This document shows positions 1 to 11,389 of a stretch of 64,000 bases of DNA, piece by piece. Every line of letters starts with the position of its first letter. Position 1 is the first letter of the stretch. Under the pieces are notes generated by a model. It had not been told where the DNA came from. It saw nothing but the letters and a program-made list of their open reading frames with translations, and ran no database searches. This DNA comes from Mobula hypostoma (lineage: Eukaryota). The DNA is taken from NCBI RefSeq assembly GCF_963921235.1, contig NC_086100.1, positions 199,766,001 through 199,830,000 of the forward strand. Direction: 5' to 3'. Position numbers and translations under genes: made by a program.

Positions 1-214
1 GACACAGACACCACTCTGGACAGAGGAAGTGAGAGAGAGAGGGATAGAGCTAAGATCTAGAGACAGCAGTGAGACTGGTAATCCACATGTTAGTGATGGG
101 AACAAGGTATAAAAGAAGTGCTAACAGAGTGGGGATGGTCATATTGGGAGGGATATTGAGGTCAAAATACTGTTGATGGGGTCACTGATCTGGCTTTGGT
201 GAGTATCGGGCTTC

Positions 215-700
215 AGTGGGGAGTGGGAAGAGTGGTGGATGGGGAGTGGAGAGAGAGGTGGGTGGGGAATGGGGAGATAAAGGCTGGTGAATGGCAATAG
301 AGAGATGGGCGGGTGGGGAGTTAGGAGAGAGGTGGGTGGTGGGGAGCAGGAGCAGACTGGGGAGTGGGGAGAGAATGTTGGGTGGGGAATGGGGAGATAG
401 TGGTGGGTGGCTGTTGAGATAAAGTTGGGTGAGTGTGAGAGAGATGTGAGTCAGTGCTGGTGGGGAGAGGTGGGTGGGGAATAGGAAAAGAGTGGGATGG
501 GGAGAGATTGGTGGATGAGGGTGGGGAGAGGAAAATAGATGGGTGTTTGGGGAGTGGGGAGAGAGGGATGGGTGAGTTGGGAGGTTAGGAGAAAGGTGTA
601 TTAGAACAGGGATGTTAATTGGGATCAGCAGAGTGGGTACAGGGTGGGGGAGGGAGGTGGGTGGGTGGGGAGAGGTGAGTCAGATGTCTAGAGGAGGGTT
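215..700 (+). repeat. G-rich, purine-skewed low-complexity tract
   Basis: Dense GGGTGGGGAG/GGAGAGAGG motifs, almost no C on + strand. Confidence 0.85.
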
Positions 701-1023
701 GTTGTTAACTGGGATCAGTACGGACAGGTAGTTGCCGTTCAATACTAATATGTTGGCCAAATGTCTGTTGATCGCCATACAAACACTCACATGATTTCTC
801 TGTAAAGCAATGGATGTGGTCTAGGTGGGGTAGAAAGTGAAGCTCTGAATATCTTTGTAAATCAGGGTACAGTAACAGAGGTCACATTGAGAGTCTGAAG
901 CAGTCAGTCACTGGCCAGGTCACTGACAGAAACAGCTGGTTCATCACTCTCTCTGCCTTTTGCTGTTTTACAGTTTGGTTCAGACTGATTCACTGTTGTC
1001 TCTGGAATTCAGTTCACCCTCCT
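700..1023 (+). promoter_or_regulatory. Tandem cassette copy U1 (promoter/5'-UTR-like)
   Basis: TCACATGA 787-794; GAAAGTGAAG 833-842; GTCAGT(903)...polypyrimidine-TTACAG(973). Homologous to copies at ~2.2, 3.7, 6.0 and 8.7/14.8 kb. Homology is seen directly; promoter function is inferred. Confidence 0.6.
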
Positions 1024-1139
1024 AAAATTGGAAACTGCTGCTCAGACTCACCAGGTCGGGCAGCATCTGCAGAAAGAAACAAAGATAATGATTCAAGTCA
1101 GGCACTCTTAGACAGTGCTGGAGATCGATAGAGTTGAAT

Positions 1140-2080
1140 CAGGGAACAGACGTGGCGAGACAGGGCTAAGGAATGATTAAGAGAGATGGTCAGAGAGGGC
1201 TGGGGTGTGGTGTGTAATGGGTGTGGGGCAGTGGCTGTTAGAGGATTGGGGGAGTTAGGGGTGAGAAAGAGAGGGTGGGGAAAGAAAAGTCCACCGAGTG
1301 GATGGGGTAAGTAAAGTTTGTGGAGAGAGAGGTGGGTGGGGAGTGGAGAAAGAGGTGGATGGGTGGGGATTGAGAAGAGAGGTGGGTGGGTGGCAAGAAC
1401 TGAGTGAGGTGGGTGGGTGTGGTCGGTAGGGGAGTGGGGAGAGAGATATGTGCTTGGGGAGTGGTGACAGAGCGGTGGGTTGGAGTTGATGAGGGAGAGG
1501 TTGGTGGGTGTGGTGAAGGGATAGAGGCCGGTGGGTCGGGAGAGGGGATAGGGATGTGGGTGGGTGAGGAGTGGGTAGAGAGAGTTCGGTGAGTGGGGAG
1601 AGAAGTTGGGGGCTGGTGAGTGGGTAGGATGAATGGATGTTGAGGGAGTGGGTAGAGAGAGGTAGGTGCGTAGGGAGTGAGGATGGAGAGCAGGGAGGGA
1701 GGTGGGTGGGGAATGGGGAGAGTGTTGTTTGGGTGGGAGTCGGGAGAAGGAGATGGGGTGGTGTCGAGTGTGCAGAGAGGTGTGTGGGTGGGGAGTGGTG
1801 CGAGAGAGTTTGGTGGGGAAGAGTGGGGAGAGAATTGAATGTGTGGGTAGTAGGGAGAGTGGTGAGTAGGTGGGCAATGAGGGGGAGAGTAATGGGTGGA
1901 TGGGGAGCGGCTGAGGGTGTTTTGTGGTGAGTGATGAGAGAGATGTGGGTGGGTGGGGAATGGGGAGATAGGGCTGTGTGGGTGGGAGGTTAAAAGTAAG
2001 AGATGTCTATAGGAATTGGGCTGTTAATTAGGATCAGTAGAGTGGGTACCGTGTGGGGGAGAGAGGTGAGATAGAAATGT
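1140..2080 (+). repeat. G-rich low-complexity tract following a Penelope-like remnant
   Basis: Degenerate GGGTGGGTGGGGAGTGGGGAGAGA repeats; paralogous to 2690-3560. Confidence 0.85.
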
Positions 2081-2089
2081 CTGGAGGAG

Positions 2090-2560
2090 GGTTTCTGTTA
2101 ATTGATCAGTACGGGCAGGTAGTTGCCGTTCAACATGAACCTGTTGGGCCAAAGGTCTGTTTATCTATAAGCAAACAGTCACATGATTTCTCTGAAAAGC
2201 AATGGATATGGTCTGGGTGGGGTGGAAAGTGGATGCTCTGAATCTCTCTATAAAACCAGGATACAGTATCAGCAGAGATCACTCGGAGAGTCTGAATCAG
2301 TCAGTCTCTGGCTGGGTTACTGATAGAAGCAGCTGGTTCATCGCTCTCTCTGCCTTTTGCTGTTTTACAGTTTGGTTCAGACTGATTCACTGTTGTCTCT
2401 GGAACTCAGTTCACCCTCCTATCAAATATTATTTCTCCAGACTGAAGAAAGCTGACTTCATTTCTCCGGTGGCATCACTTCAACCTGTGTGTCCCACACC
2501 ACGAACCTTCGGCTAACAGCAGCTCGACAGGAAACTGCAGGCACTGGAAATCTGAGGTAA
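2090..2560 (+). promoter_or_regulatory. Tandem cassette copy U2 (most intact)
   Basis: GTCACATGA 2178-2186; TTCTCTGAA 2188-2196; TATAAAA 2249-2255; GT-AG mini-intron 2300-2370; second acceptor tttctccag ending 2440; donor GAG|GTAAAA at 2556/2557. Confidence 0.65.
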
Positions 2561-2689
2561 AATTGGAAACTGCTGCTCAGACTCACCAGGTCGGGCAGCA
2601 TCTGCAGAGAGAGAAACAAAGATTGTGATTCAAGTCAGTGACTCTCAGTCAGTGCTGGAGATGGAGAGGATTGAATCAGGGAACAGACG

Positions 2690-3560
2690 TGGGGAGATGG
2701 GGATAAGGAGTGAGTAAGAAAGAGATGGTCAGAGAGGGCTGGGGTGTGGGGCAGAGGCTGGTCGAGAGGGATGGGTGAGTGAGAGGGGTGGGGAGAGAAA
2801 TGAGCACCGTGTGGATGGAGGAAGCAGAGTTGGTCCAGGGTGAGGAGAGAGAGGTGGATGGGTGGGGACTGAGAGGAGGTGGGTGATTGGGAGTGGGTAG
2901 GGGAGTAGGGAGAGTTTGGTGGCTGGGGAGTGGGGACAGAGAGGTGGGTGGGTGTGGATGGGGAGAGAGGTTGGTGGGTGGGGAGAGGGGATAGGGATGT
3001 GGGTGGATGCAGAGTGGGGAGAGACATTGGGGGCTGGTGAGCGGGTAGGATGAATGGATGTTTGGGGAGTGGGGAGAGAGGTAGGTGGGTAGGGAGAGAG
3101 GTGGATGGATGAGGAGCAGGTAGGGAGGTGGGTGGTTGGGGAATGGGGAGAATGTTGGGTGGGTGGGAGTGGGGAGAAAGAAATGGGGTGGTAGGGAGTG
3201 GGCAAAGAACTGGGTTGTGGGGTGCCGGGAGGGAGGTGGGTGTGTGGGGAGTGGGAAGGGAGAGACTTTGGTGGGGAAGAGTGGGGAGAGAGTTGAATGT
3301 GTGGGTAGTAGGGTGAAAGTAGTGAGTGGGGAGGGAAGGAGTTTGGTGGGGAGTGAGGAGAGAGGATGGTAGCTGGGTGGGGAATGGGGAGAGTGGGGTG
3401 GCTGGGTGGGGAATGGGGAGAGAGGGGTGGGTGAGTTGGGAGGTTAGTAGTAAGAGATGTGAATAGGAATTCAGATGTTAATTGGGATCAGCAGTGTGGG
3501 TACAGGGTGGGGGAGAGAGGTGGGTATGTGGGGGGAGGTGAGTCAGATGTCTAGGGGAGG
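2690..3560 (+). repeat. G-rich low-complexity tract
   Basis: Paralogue of 1140-2080. Confidence 0.85.
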
Positions 3561-3890
3561 GTTGCTGTTAATTGAGATCAGTACAGACAGGTAGTTGCCG
3601 TTCAACATGAATAAGTTGAGCCAAAGGTGTGTTTACCTGCATACAAACAGTCACATGATTTCTCTGAAAAGCAAAGGATATGGTCTGGGTGGGGCTGAAA
3701 GCGGAAGCTCTGAATCTCTCTGTAAACAGGATACGGTATCAGCAGAGAGTCTGAATCAGTTGGTCACTGGCCAGGTCACTGACAGAAACAGCTGGTTCAT
3801 CGCTCACTCTGCCTTTTGCTGTTTTACAGTTTGGTTTAGACTGATTCACTGTTGTCTCTGGAATTCAGTTCACACTTCTGCCAAAAATTA
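3560..3890 (+). promoter_or_regulatory. Tandem cassette copy U3
   Basis: GTCACATGA 3650-3658; TTCTCTGAA 3660-3668; GAAAGCGGAAG 3697-3707; acceptor TTACAG ends 3829; donor changed to GTTGGT. Confidence 0.6.
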
Positions 3891-3894
3891 AACC

Positions 3895-5385
3895 ATCTAA
3901 TCCCCTTATTCTTGGGAGATGTCAATTGATATTTGGGAATTTAAAATCTCCCATCAGGACAACTCTTATTATTACACGTTTCCAGGATCTGTTTCCCTAT
4001 CTACTCCTTGATATCCCTGTTACTATTGGACGGCCTATATAAAAAAAAACAGTAAAGTTATTGACCACTTCCTGTTCCTAACCTCCACCCACAGAGACTC
4101 CGTAGACAATCCCTCCATGACGTCCACCTTTCCTCCAGCTGTGACACTATCTCTGATCTCTAGTGTCATGTTCCCATCTCTTTTGCACCCTTCCTGTCCT
4201 TTCTGAAACATCTATAACCCAGCACTTGAAGTAACCATTCCTGTCCCTGAGCCATCCAAGTCTTTGCAATAGCCACCACATCATAACTCCAAGTACTGAT
4301 CCACGCTCGAAGCTCATTCACCTTGTTTACAATACACCTTGCATTAAAATAAACAAATCTCAAACTGTCTGCCTGAGCGCGTCCCTTCTCTATCACCTGC
4401 CAATCCTCACTCAGGCACTGTCTCCAAGCTTTCTCTATTTGTGAGTCAACCGCCTCTTCCCCAGTCTCTTCAGTTCGGTTCCCACCCCCAACAATTCTAG
4501 TTTAAACTCTCCCCAATAGCCTTAGCAAATCTCCCCACCAGGATATTGGTCCCCCTGGGATTCTAATGCAACCTGTCCTTTTTGTACAGGTCACACCTGC
4601 CCCAAAAGAATTCCCAACGATACAGAAATCTGAATCCCTGCGCCCTGCTCCAATCCCTCAGCCACGCATTTATCCTCCACCTCATTCTATTTGTATACTA
4701 ACTGTTGTGTGGCACAGGCAGTAATCCCAAGATTACTATCTTTGCGATCCTGCTTCTCAACTTCCTTCCTAACTCCCTGCAGTCTTTTTTCAGGCCCTCT
4801 TCCCTTTTCCTACCTATGTCATTGGTATCAATATATACCACGACCTCTGGCTCTTCCTCCCACTGCAGGATATATCAGACGCGATCTGAAACATCCCGGA
4901 CCCTGGCACCTGTGAGGCAAACTACCATCCAAGTTTCTTTCCTATGTCCACAGAATCGCCTGTCTGACCCCCTAACTACAGAGTCCCCTATCACTACTGC
5001 CTTCCTCTTCCTTTCCCTGCCCTTCTGAGCCATAGAGCTGGAATCTGTGCCAGAGGCACAGCCACTATCGCTCCCCCCAGGTAGGCTGTTCCCCCCCACT
5101 CACAAACAATACTCAAACAGTAGTACTAATTGTCAAGGGGTACAGCCACTGGGGTACTCTCTAGTACCTGACTCTTCCTCTTCCCTCTCCTGACTGCGAC
5201 CCACCTGTCTGTCTCCCACGGCCCCGGTGTGAGCACCTGCCTGTAACTCCTTTCTATCACTTCCTCGCTATCCCTGACCAGACAAAGGTCATCGAGCTGC
5301 ATCTCCAGTCCCCTAACTCGGTCCCTTAGGAGCTGCAGCTTGACACACCAGGTGCAGATATGGCCGTCCGGGAAGCTGGGAGACC
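3895..5385 (-). mobile_element. CR1 LINE fragment (ORF1 SGNH/GDSL esterase + start of APE endonuclease)
   Basis: AVVIGDSVVRGSDRRFCG (4875-5099) and YFNARCIVNKVNEL...YDVVAIAKTW (4166-4396). Confidence 0.9.
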
Positions 5386-5611
5386 TGTGTAATCATTACC
5401 CAGATGAGAGAGGTAGCAGCAGTCTAGTGTGTAAACCAGGGTACGGGAGAAAGAGATGGGTGGGTGATCACCAGGAGAGGAGGGCAGTCTGGTAGTGTAG
5501 GAGTGTCCTGGGTCAATCTTTTCTCACACAGTTACTTTAGGTGTGGGGGCACTGGTGATCACCCCGAGATGAGGTGTAACTGGAGACAATTGTGTGGAAC
5601 GGACAGCACGA

Positions 5612-5845
5612 AGGTGTGGTGGTGAGCACAACACTTCACAGTACACATGACCCAGGTTCAAATCCCACAGCCACCTGCAAGGAGTTTGTATTCTCCCTGT
5701 GACTGTGTGGATTTCCTCTGGGTGCTCCAGTTTCCTCTCATTGTAAATTGTCCCATGGGTTAAATCTGGGAATTTCTGGGCAGCGTGGCTTGAAGCACTG
5801 GAAGGGTCTGTTCCAAGCTGTATCTCAATAAATACATAAAATACA
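5612..5845 (+). mobile_element. tRNA-derived V-SINE (HE1-like)
   Basis: B-box-like GGTTCAAATCC followed by V-domain-like GGAGTTTGTATTCTCCCTGTGACTGTGTGGATTTCCTCTGGGTGCTCCAGTTTCCTC. Confidence 0.75.
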
Positions 5846-5929
5846 GATGGTACAGGGGGTGGGAGAGTGAGGGGTGGGTAGTGGTGGAATCGGGGATAAG
5901 GAGAGAGGTGTCTAGAGTTGGACTTGGAT

Positions 5930-6640
5930 TGAATCAGTAACTGGGATCACTATGGATCAGCATGGATATAATGGGCTGAAAAGTTGTTTGACTCGATACA
6001 GTCATGTGGTTTCTCCAAAAAGCAAAGGATGTGGTTTGGGTAGGGTTGTAAACAGAAGCTCCAAATCTCTCTATAGAACCAGGGTACAGTAACAAAGATC
6101 ACACTGAGAGTCTGAAGCAGTCAGTCACTGGCCAGGTCACTGACAGAAACAGCTGGTTCATCACTCACTCTGCCTTTTGCTGTTTTACTGTTTGGTTTAG
6201 AATGATTCACTGATGTCTCTGGGATTCAGTTCACCCTCCTAAGGGATTAAGGGATTGGACACGCTGCAGGCAGGAAGCATGTCCCCGCTGATGGGTGAAT
6301 CCAGAACCAAAGGCCACAGTTTAAGAATTAGGCCATTTAGAATGGAGTTGAGGAAAAACTTTTTCACCCAAAGAGTGGTGGATATATGGAGTGTTCTGCC
6401 CCAGAAGGCAGTGGGGGGCCAAGTCTCTGGATGTTTTCAAGAAAGATAGATAGAGCTCTTAAAGATAGCAGAATCAAAGGTTATGGGGATAAGGCAGGGA
6501 CTGGATATTGATAGTGGTTGATCAGCCATGATCACAGTGAATGGTGGTGCTGGCTCAAAGGGCCGAATGGCCTACTCCTGGACCTATAGTCTATTGTCTA
6601 CCAAATATTATTTCTGACAGATGGTGATCGGTGAGTTGGT
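5930..6640 (+). promoter_or_regulatory. Tandem cassette copy U4, interrupted by a CR1 3' fragment, ending in a candidate micro-exon ATGGTGATCG|GTGAGT
   Basis: Homologous core 6000-6240 resumes at 6601 (ccaaatattatttctgacag); ATG at 6621; consensus donor GTGAGT at 6631. Confidence 0.55.
6241..6600 (+). mobile_element. CR1 3'-terminal fragment
   Basis: ESRTKGHSLRI...NFFTQRVV C-terminus, CR1 3' UTR GGGCCGAATGGCCTACTCCTG and short tandem tail. Confidence 0.9.
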
Positions 6641-6859
6641 GTGATCAGAGACACGGACACAGCTCTGGTCAGAAGAGAGAGACACAGAGGTAAGATCTAG
6701 AGACAGCAGTGAGGCTGGTAATCCACAAGGGAACGATGGGAACGAGGTATAAGAGAAGTGTTAACGGAGTAGGAGTGGTCATACTGGGAGGGATATTGAG
6801 GTCAAAATGCTGTTGGTGGGGTCACTGATCTGGCTTTGGTGAGTATCGAGCTTCAGTAG

Positions 6860-7290
6860 AGAGGCTGAGCAGTGACCAGATGAGGGGTCTCTCAGTAGAA
6901 GGGACGAGGGACAAAGGTTCTGGAGGTCAGGGCAGTGGGACTGTCCTCCTGCAGGGTGTAGGAGATCAGGGACATTTCCATTGTCCCAGTGACCACAACT
7001 ACAGGAAGTGTGTCCGGCTGCAGCTCCTGTCAGACCACATAGAGCAGGTGGGGCTGTGGTTGGACTCACTGTGGGGTATCCAGGATGGAGAAATTTGGGA
7101 GGTGTTTAGTGAGCTGGTTATAGTGTAGGAAGAGAGAGAGAGAGAGAAGATAAGTGGCCACAAGGAGGGCAGGCGGTCTGGGGTCAGTCCCCTCTCACAC
7201 AGATACATTGAATTGGCTAATCTTGGGGGTGGGGGTGATGATCACCTGGAGATGAAGGGTTAAGTGAGACAAATTTATGGAGCACAGATG
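6860..7290 (+). mobile_element. Old degenerate CR1 ORF1 remnant (related copy at ~5390-5600)
   Basis: CPSDHNYRKCVRLQLLSDHIEQVGLWLDSLW resembles the CR1 ORF1 N-terminal Zn/coiled-coil region. Confidence 0.6.
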
Positions 7291-7408
7291 GTAGGGGAGT
7301 GTGAGGGGAGGTGAGGGAGGTAGTGGAAGGGTGTTGGTAATTGACATCAGTACAGACCAGTACTTACTAATCAGCATGAATATGGTAGGTTGAAGGGGAG
7401 TTTGACTC

Positions 7409-8697
7409 CATAAGACCATAAGATATAGGAGCAGAAGTAGGCAATTTGGCTCATTGAATCTCCTCTGCCATTCAATCATGGGCTGATCCAATTCTTCCAG
7501 TCAACCCCACTCCCCTAACCTTCTCCCCACTCCACTACCTTCTCCCCATACCCTTTGATGCCCTGACTAATCAAGAATCTCTGCCTTAAATACACCAATG
7601 ACTTGGCCTCCACAGCCACTCGTGGCAACAAATTCCAGATTTACCACCCTCTGACTAAAGTAATTTCTCCACATCTCTTTTCTAAATGGATCTCCTTCAA
7701 TCCTGAAGTTATGCCCTCTTTGTCATGGTCCAGTCCGTGAAGTCCGTATTCTGGTTCACGGTCCGGTCCATCGATCCTTGCTCCAGGTTTTCTTATCTAC
7801 CCTGTTTCTGTTCTTGAGCTAATTGAGGCAGTTGATGCTCGTTGGGGCTGTCTGCATAAATACCTTCAAAGACCCAGGCGTGGCGGCTGGATTGTTCTTG
7901 TCCTTACTCCTTGTAACCCTTGCTCTGCCTTCTGTTTCCTCGTCTGAAGCCCTGCCTTGTCTTGCCGGTGACTCTTGCCTCACCTAAAGTTCTCCTCTCG
8001 CCTTGCATTGCCTGAAGCCTTGCCTTGTCTTGCCTGCAGTCTTGTCCTGGAGCCACTCTGTACCTAGCTCCCTTACTGTCCCTTGCCTCTGCCCAGGTAA
8101 GCCAGGCCATCTTGCCGTTACCTGGGGTTGGTTCTGTCCCTTCCTGTCCCTTGCCTCCGTTGGGTAAGCCAGGCTGTCTCGCCGTTACCTGTGGTTGGTT
8201 CTGTCCCTTCCTGTTCCTTGCCTCTGTCGGGTGCTGAACCTGCCCAGGAGAACCGCGCCCTGCCCAGGAGGAGCCTGCCGCCAGCCTCCCGCCAAGCCTC
8301 ACCTCAAGTCTCTAGCCTCCAGCCTCAAGCCTGTAGACTCCACCCTCATCCTGCCTGCCTGCCAAACCTCGTCCTTGCCTAGTTCTGGGATCCGAGTCAG
8401 AGGCAAGACCCAGGTACTGGGTCCTCGTCCAGTCTCTGGCTCGGAGTCCAAGCCCGGGCCCCTAGCTCTCTTGTCCAGTCCTGTTCCGGGTTCCTGGTTT
8501 TCGTGGTCATGTCCTTGCCATCGCCCTGTATCCTAGTCCTGTCCCTAGTACTTCAGTGTCTGTGTCTTGCACTTGGGTCCGTTCCCAGCCACCGGCGTAT
8601 GACACTCTTGTCCTAGACTTCCGTACCATGGGAAATAACTTTGCCGTATCTAATCTGTTCAGGCCTTGTAATATTTGAGATGTTTCTATGAGATCCT
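7409..8697 (-). mobile_element. CR1 3' fragment hosting a solo LTR
   Basis: Reverse CR1 tail at 7409 (cataagaccataagatataggagcag); sequence is continuous across the 7721-8604 insertion. Confidence 0.85.
7721..8604. mobile_element. Solo LTR (probably Gypsy-type), 884 bp
   Basis: Termini TGTCAT...ATGACA; 5-bp target-site duplication CTCTT (7716-7720 and 8605-8609); internal direct repeats. Confidence 0.85.
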
Positions 8698-8789
8698 CAA
8701 ATCACTCACATGATTTCTTTGAACATCAAAGCTTGCTTACAGTTCAAGCTAAACTTAATTAACTCTATCCAACGCAGTGGATAGCTTGA

Positions 8790-11305
8790 AACAGATGTAT
8801 GTAATTTACTTGGATTTCCAGAAGATGTTCAATAAGGTGCCATATAAAATTTGTCCATAAGATAAGGATGCATAGAGTTGCAGGTGATATATTAGCACGG
8901 ATCGAAGATTAGTTAACCAATAGAAAGCAGTGAGTTACGATACATGGGTATTACTCTGGTTGGCAAACTGTGGTGAGTGGAGTGCCTCGGGTCAGTGCTG
9001 GGTCCACAACTGTTCACGATATACATTAACGATCCTGCAGAGAGAACTGATTGTAATGTATCTAAGTCTGCTGATGACACTAAATTGAGTGGAAAAGCAA
9101 ATTGTGCAGAAGATATGGAGGATCTGCAGATTGATATAGATAGGTTAAGTGAGTGAGCAAGAGCCTGGCAGCTGGAGTACTATGTTAGTAAATGCAAGGT
9201 CATCCACTTTGGGAGGGAAAATGGAAGATCAGATTATTATTTAAATGGTAAAAGATTGCAGCACGCTGCTGTGCAGAGGGACCTGGAGGTGCTTGTGCAT
9301 GAATCACAAAAGGTTGGTTTGCAGGTGCAGCAGACTATCAAGAAGGCAAATGCAATGCTGGCCTTCATTGTCAGAGGGATTGAATTTAAGAGCAGGGAGG
9401 TCATGCTGCAACTGTACAGGGTACTGGTGAGGCCGCTCCTGGAGTACTGTGTGCAGTTCTGATCTACTGACTTGAGGGAAGATGTACTGGCTTTGGAGGC
9501 GGTGCAGAGGAGGTTCACCAGGTTGATTCAAGAGATGAAGGGGTTAGACTATGAAGAGAGATTAGAAACATAGAAAACCTACAGCACAATACAGGCCCTT
9601 TGGCCCACGATGCTGTGCCGAACATGTATTTACTTTAGAATTTACCTAGGATTTCCCATAACCCTCTATTTTTCGAAGCTACATGTATCCATCCAGGAGT
9701 CTATCGTATCCACCTGCACCACCATCGCTGCCAGCCCATTCCATGAACTCACAACTATCTGCATAAAAAACTTACCACTGACATCTCCTCTGTACCTACT
9801 TGCAAGCAGATTAAAACTGTGCTGTCTCATGTTAGCCACTTCAGCCCTGGGAAAAAGCCTCTGGCTATCCACACAATCAATGCCTCTCATCATCTTGTAC
9901 ACCTCTATCAGGTCACCTCTCATCCTCTGTCACTCCAAGGAGAAAAGGCCAAGTTCACTCAATCTATTCTCATAAGGCATACTCCCCAATCCAGGCAACA
10001 TCCTTGTAAATCTCCTCTGCACCCTTTCTATAGTTTCCACATCCTTCCAGTAGTGAGGTGACCGGAACTGAGCACAGTACTCCAAGTGGGGTCTGACCAG
10101 AGTCCTATATATTTGTAACATAAACACTTAGCTCAAAAACTCAATCCCATGATTGATGAAGGCCAATAAACCATATGCCTTCTTAACCACACAGTCAACC
10201 TGAGTGTCCTATGAACTCAGTCCCCGAGATCCCTCTGATCCTCCACACTGCCAAGAGTCTTACCATTAATACTATATTCTGCCATCATATTTGACCTACC
10301 AAATGAACCACTTCACACTTACCTGGGTTGAACTCCATCTGCCACAACTCAGCCCAGTTTTGCATCCTATCGATGTCCCGCTGTAACCCCTGACAGCCCT
10401 CCACACTATCCACAACACCCCCAACCTTTCTGTTATCAGCAAATTTACTAACCCATTCCTCCACTTCTTCATTCAGGTAATTTATAAACATCAGAAAGAG
10501 AAGGGGTCCCAGAAGAGGCACACCACTGGTCACAGACATCCATGCAGAATATGACCCGTTTAAAACTACTCATTGCTTTCTGTGGGCAAGTCAGTTCTGG
10601 ATCCTCAAAGCAAGGTCCCTTTGGATCCCATGCCTCCTTACTTTCTCAATAAGCCATGCATGGGGTGCCTTATCAAATGCTTGCTGAAATCCATATACAC
10701 CATATCTACTGCTCTACGTTCACTAATGTGTTTAGTCACATCCTCAAAAAAATTCAATCAGGCTTGTGACACACAACTTGCCTTTGACAAAGCCATGCTG
10801 AGTATTCCTAATCATACTATACCTCTCCAAATATTCATTAATCCTGCCTCTCAGGATCTCCTCCAGCAACTTACCAACCACTGTACTCGCTGGAATTCAG
10901 AAGAATTAGAAGAGATCTTATAGAAACAAAGAAAATTATGAAAGGGATAGCTAAGATAGAGGCAGGAAAGTTGTTTCCACTGGTAGTGAGACTAGAACTA
11001 GGGGACATAGCCTCAAGATTTGGGAGAGTAGATTTAGGAAGGAGGTGAGGAGGAACTGCTTTTCCCAGAAAGTTGTGAATCTGTGGAATTCTCTGCACAA
11101 TCAAGCAGTGGAGACAGCCTCAGTTAATATATTTAAGACAAGGTTGGATAGATTTTTGCATAGTAGGAGAAAGAAGGATTATGGGGAAAAGACAGATAGG
11201 TAGAAGTGAGTCCATGACCAGATCAGTCAATCACTTATTGAATGGTGCAGCAGGCTCGACGGGCCAGATGGCTTATTCCTGCTTCTATTTCTCATATTCT
11301 TATGT
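8790..11305 (+). mobile_element. CR1 RT/3' part, interrupted by a minus-strand CR1
   Basis: QQTIKKANAMLAFIVRGIEFKSREVMLQLYRVLVRP; resumes at ~10880 and runs to the 3' tail at ~11305. Confidence 0.85.
9564..10880 (-). mobile_element. CR1 RT 3' fragment
   Basis: SKFADNRKVGGVVDSVEG; RPHLEYCAQF; tail (TTCTATGT)n. Confidence 0.9.
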
Positions 11306-11389
11306 TGACACACCTTCATCAATAGGACTGGTATGTGCTTCACTGTGGTCACAGAGCAGGGCATCACTCCTGGATAAGGTACACACAAA

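Noticed and set aside
900..960. Minus-strand AGTGATGA...CTGA as a C/D snoRNA in the cassette
   Set aside because: C box present in only two of five copies, C-D spacing is too short, and there is no terminal stem
1098..3372. Pro/His/Ser-rich and Gly/Trp/Val-rich ORFs
   Set aside because: By-products of the G-rich low-complexity tracts; no domain features or splice context
4875..5099. GDSL-lipase-like ORF as a host enzyme
   Set aside because: It is the CR1 ORF1 esterase, adjacent to CR1 endonuclease sequence
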